This document shows, piece after piece, positions 29,324 to 32,000 of a DNA stretch of 32,000 nucleotides. The notes below the pieces were generated by a model. That model worked only from the letters and a program-made list of their open reading frames with translations. It ran no database searches and was not told where the DNA came from. The stretch is from Wolbachia endosymbiont of Cimex lectularius. GTDB lineage: Bacteria; Pseudomonadota; Alphaproteobacteria; Rickettsiales; Anaplasmataceae. The stretch lies in contig NZ_AP013028.1 in assembly GCF_000829315.1 (NCBI RefSeq), positions 840,001 to 872,000 on the forward strand. The letters are read 5' to 3'. How positions within the stretch are numbered: position 1 is the stretch's first letter; each line of letters starts with the position of its first letter. The position numbers and the translations under genes were made by a program.

Positions 29324-29821
29324 GTGTTTAAATACTTTATGCTCAAGAAATTAGCTTGGTATTGGTCCTTTGTAGAATTAATTAAAGGGTTTATTATTAC
29401 GCTTAGATATGCGTTTAAACCAAAAGTGACGCTTAGGTACCCTATGGAGAAGGGACCTTTAAGTCCAAGATTTCGCGGTGAGCATGCGTTGCGTAGATAT
29501 TCAAACGGTGAAGAACGATGCATAGCTTGTAAATTATGTGAAGTTATCTGCCCTGCTCAGGCGATAGTGATTGAAGCAGAGGAAAGAGAAGATGGCAGCC
29601 GTTGCACTACGCGTTATGATATTGACATGACGAAGTGCATATATTGCGGGCTTTGCCAGGAGGCATGTCCAGTCGATGCAATTGTCGAGGGCCCTAATTT
29701 TGAGTTTGCAACAGAAACGAGGGAGGAATTAATGTACAACAAAGAAAAGTTATTGCGCAATGGTGATGTTTGGGAGGAAGCAATTGCACTCAGATTGAAA
29801 AAGAATAGACCGTATTACTAA
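29324..29821 (+). CDS. nuoI: NADH-quinone oxidoreductase subunit I
   Basis: 165 aa; two 4Fe-4S motifs [12 protein letters not shown] and [12 protein letters not shown]. Confidence 0.97.
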   Translation: MFKYFMLKKLAWYWSFVELIKGFIITLRYAFKPKVTLRYPMEKGPLSPRFRGEHALRRYSNGEERCIACKLCEVICPAQAIVIEAEEREDGSRCTTRYDIDMTKCIYCGLCQEACPVDAIVEGPNFEFATETREELMYNKEKLLRNGDVWEEAIALRLKKNRPYY

Positions 29822-29925
29822 TGTTAAAAGTTTAAACCTCTGTCATTCCGGTGTCCTTTCGTGTCATCCAAGTAGCTTCACTTCCTGTCATTCCAGCGCC
29901 TCCTCCTGTCATCCCAGTGCTTGAC

Positions 29926-30155
29926 ACACAACTGTACGAACATTGCAATTAGCAGGTAATTTGCGTAACAGATGGTGTCATGCCAGTGCTCCGACACTGG
30001 GATCCAGCCTTTCCATAATCATTAAAACGTCGTATTTTAACATAAAACAGCTACTTTTATACTCACCAACTTAATAAAATTCCTGGATGCCAGTGTCAAG
30101 CACTGGCATGACACCCTAGTGGTAGGCTCAAATCACAATGTTCATACAGTTGTGT
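29926..30155 (+). repeat. MITE-like palindrome-ended repeat, copy B (~230 bp)
   Basis: ACACAACTGTACGAACATTG ... CAATGTTCATACAGTTGTGT terminal inverted repeats (one mismatch); internal hairpins CAGTGCTCCGACACTG and ATGCCAGTGTCAAGCACTGGCAT. Confidence 0.85.
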
Positions 30156-30347
30156 GCTTGACACTGGCATCCAATATACTACTTTAGTAGTAAATATTTA
30201 AGAAATTTACTAGATTGTGATTGTAATTTTATGATGATTTTAATACTTAATATAAATATTCTAAAAGTTATATAAGAATTAATTAATATATAATGTACCT
30301 CAGATATAATGTTGTACAAAAGTATACATATTCAATAAAATATTAAC

Positions 30348-32000
30348 ATGAAAAGCTTGCTTATAGAGAGGAATAGGACAGTAATATTATTGCTTATAGT
30401 GATTTTTATTTTTGGTTTATACTCCTATATAAAAATGCCAAGGGAAAGCAACCCAGATATACAAATTCCTGTAATCAGTGTGTTTGTTGGACTTCCTGGA
30501 ATTTCTGTTGAAGATAGTGAGAAGTTATTAGCTATTCCGATAGAAAATGAACTGAGGTCCATAAAGGAGTTAAGGAGCTAAAGGCCCTAGCGACTAATGA
30601 TGGCGCTCATATAATACTTGAATTCGGTACAGAGTATAGTAACAAGGAAGTGCTCGATAACGTCCGTTCAAAGCTTTCAAATATAAAATCGAAGTTACCT
30701 GCTGAAGCGGAGTCTCCGATAATCAGTGAAATAAACTTAAGCTTATTTCCTATATTAAATGTTGGATTGGTTGGTCATTTACCAGAAAGGGCTGTGACCG
30801 ATATAGCGCGTAAGTTAAAAAAAGGAATAGAATCTCTGCCAAATGTCCTTAAGGTTGAAGTGGCGGGCGTACGTAAGGAAACGATAGAAGTGATAATTGA
30901 GCCCACAATACTAACGAAATACAACATTCAATCAGGTGAAATATTTCATGCTATATCAAGCAATAACAGATTAGTAGGAGCCGGATCGTTTGACAATGAC
31001 ACAGGCAAATACTCAATTAAAGTGTCAGGATTATTAAAAGATATAGAAGATATTATGAACATTCCTGTTAGGTCTCAAGGCGATGCAGTTTTGAGAATAA
31101 AGGATGTGGCAAAGGTGTATCCTAGATTTGAAGATTATGAAGGATTTGCTCGCATCAACGGGCTGTCTAGTGTTGTGTTAGAAGTTTCAAAACGTAATGG
31201 AAAGAACATAATAGATACAGTAAATCAGGTGAAATACCTAATAGATAAGGCAAAAGACCAATTACCTGAAAATCTAAAAGTGGTGTATTTAAACGACCAG
31301 TCAAAAAATGTCCGCAATGTGCTTGATGACCTCAAGAACGGCATAATATTTGCTGTGTTGTTGATATTAATTATAATAATACTCTCTATGGGTACAAGGA
31401 CGGCTATTCTTGTGGCACTTTCGATACCTGGCTCCTTTCTTGTTGGAATAATAGCTCTTTACTTCATGGGCATAACCTTAAATATTGTTGTGCTCTTCAG
31501 TTTAATTATGGCAGTTGGCATGTTGGTTGATGACGCAATCGTAGTTAGTGAATATGCTGATAGAAAGATGATTTATGGAATGGACAAGGTAGAAGCCTTT
31601 CACACTTCAGTTCGTGATATGTTTTCTCCAGTTCTATCATCGACATTAACTAAATTGGCAGTGTTTTTCCCTCTGTTATTTTGGCCTGATATGATTGGTA
31701 AGTTTATGCAGTATATACCAATCACAATAATTTTAACTTTGACCGGTTCGCTCATCATGGCTTTGGTTTTCATACCAACACTCGGTGCAATGTTTGGTAG
31801 GCCCTCGGTAATTTCGAAAGAAGAAGTTGAAAAAATGAACGCGATAGAAAGTGGTGAGATAAAGAATACTGGACCTATGATAAGAGCTTACGTACGTACA
31901 CTGGAGAAAGTTTTAGATCATCCTAAAAAATTTGTGTGTGCTACTATATTAGTTTTGCTCTCGTTTAGTATATTATATTTCACCTTTAGCCCTGGAGTAA
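30348..32000 (+). pseudogene. RND-family efflux permease (AcrB-like), frameshifted near the 5' end; 3' end outside the window
   Basis: MKSLLIERNRTVILLLIVIFIFGLYSYIKMPRESNPDIQIPVISVFVGLPGISVEDSEKLLAIPIENELRSIKEL, then a frame change, then KALATNDGAHIILEFGTEYSNKEVLDNVRSKL...AVGMLVDDAIVVSEYADRK.... Broken by an 8-bp imperfect tandem duplication. Confidence 0.85.

Noticed and set aside
29254-29523. 89 aa antisense ORF over nuoI
   Set aside because: nuoI with two ferredoxin-type Cys motifs explains the region.
31225-31245. Apparent stop (TAA/TAG in gtgaaatacctaatag) in the RND permease
   Set aside because: In the correct frame it reads GTG AAA TAC CTA ATA GAT (VKYLID), so there is no stop.

Overview
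This window reads as a Wolbachia-like (Anaplasmataceae) chromosome segment: AT-rich, mostly housekeeping genes, broken up by mobile and repetitive DNA. The organism call is inference from protein and repeat style, with no database search. Left to right: (1) a biotin locus with bioC (5' end only), bioH-like and bioF on the minus strand, and bioB divergent on the plus strand; (2) purK, apaG, an iron-type ABC permease and a TrhO-type rhodanese; (3) uvrA, infA, maf; (4) two adjacent decayed minus-strand genes (a rebuilt ~246 aa ORF and a rebuilt ~531 aa Pro-rich/charged ORF); (5) a VirB8-like protein, an unknown 271 aa protein, holB-like and a TsaC/Sua5 protein; (6) a truncated clpA relic, class I aldolase, tRNA-Cys(GCA); (7) an unknown protein made largely of a 12-residue helical repeat, plus small companion ORFs; (8) fabI, nuoI, and a frameshifted RND permease running off the window end. 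Four copies of one 860-bp two-ORF IS5-family element are present. One cleanly interrupts an Rpn/PD-(D/E)XK gene and one replaces the C-terminus of a membrane protein. A third abuts clpA without matching duplicated flanks. Non-coding repeats include a ~450-bp dispersed repeat, a ~230-bp MITE-like element with ~20-bp terminal inverted repeats, and a 174-bp element bounded by a 17-bp inverted repeat. I found no CRISPR array and no convincing defence system. The best candidates for something undescribed are the 12-residue repeat protein locus (26437-28142) and the decayed gene pair (15183-17536).
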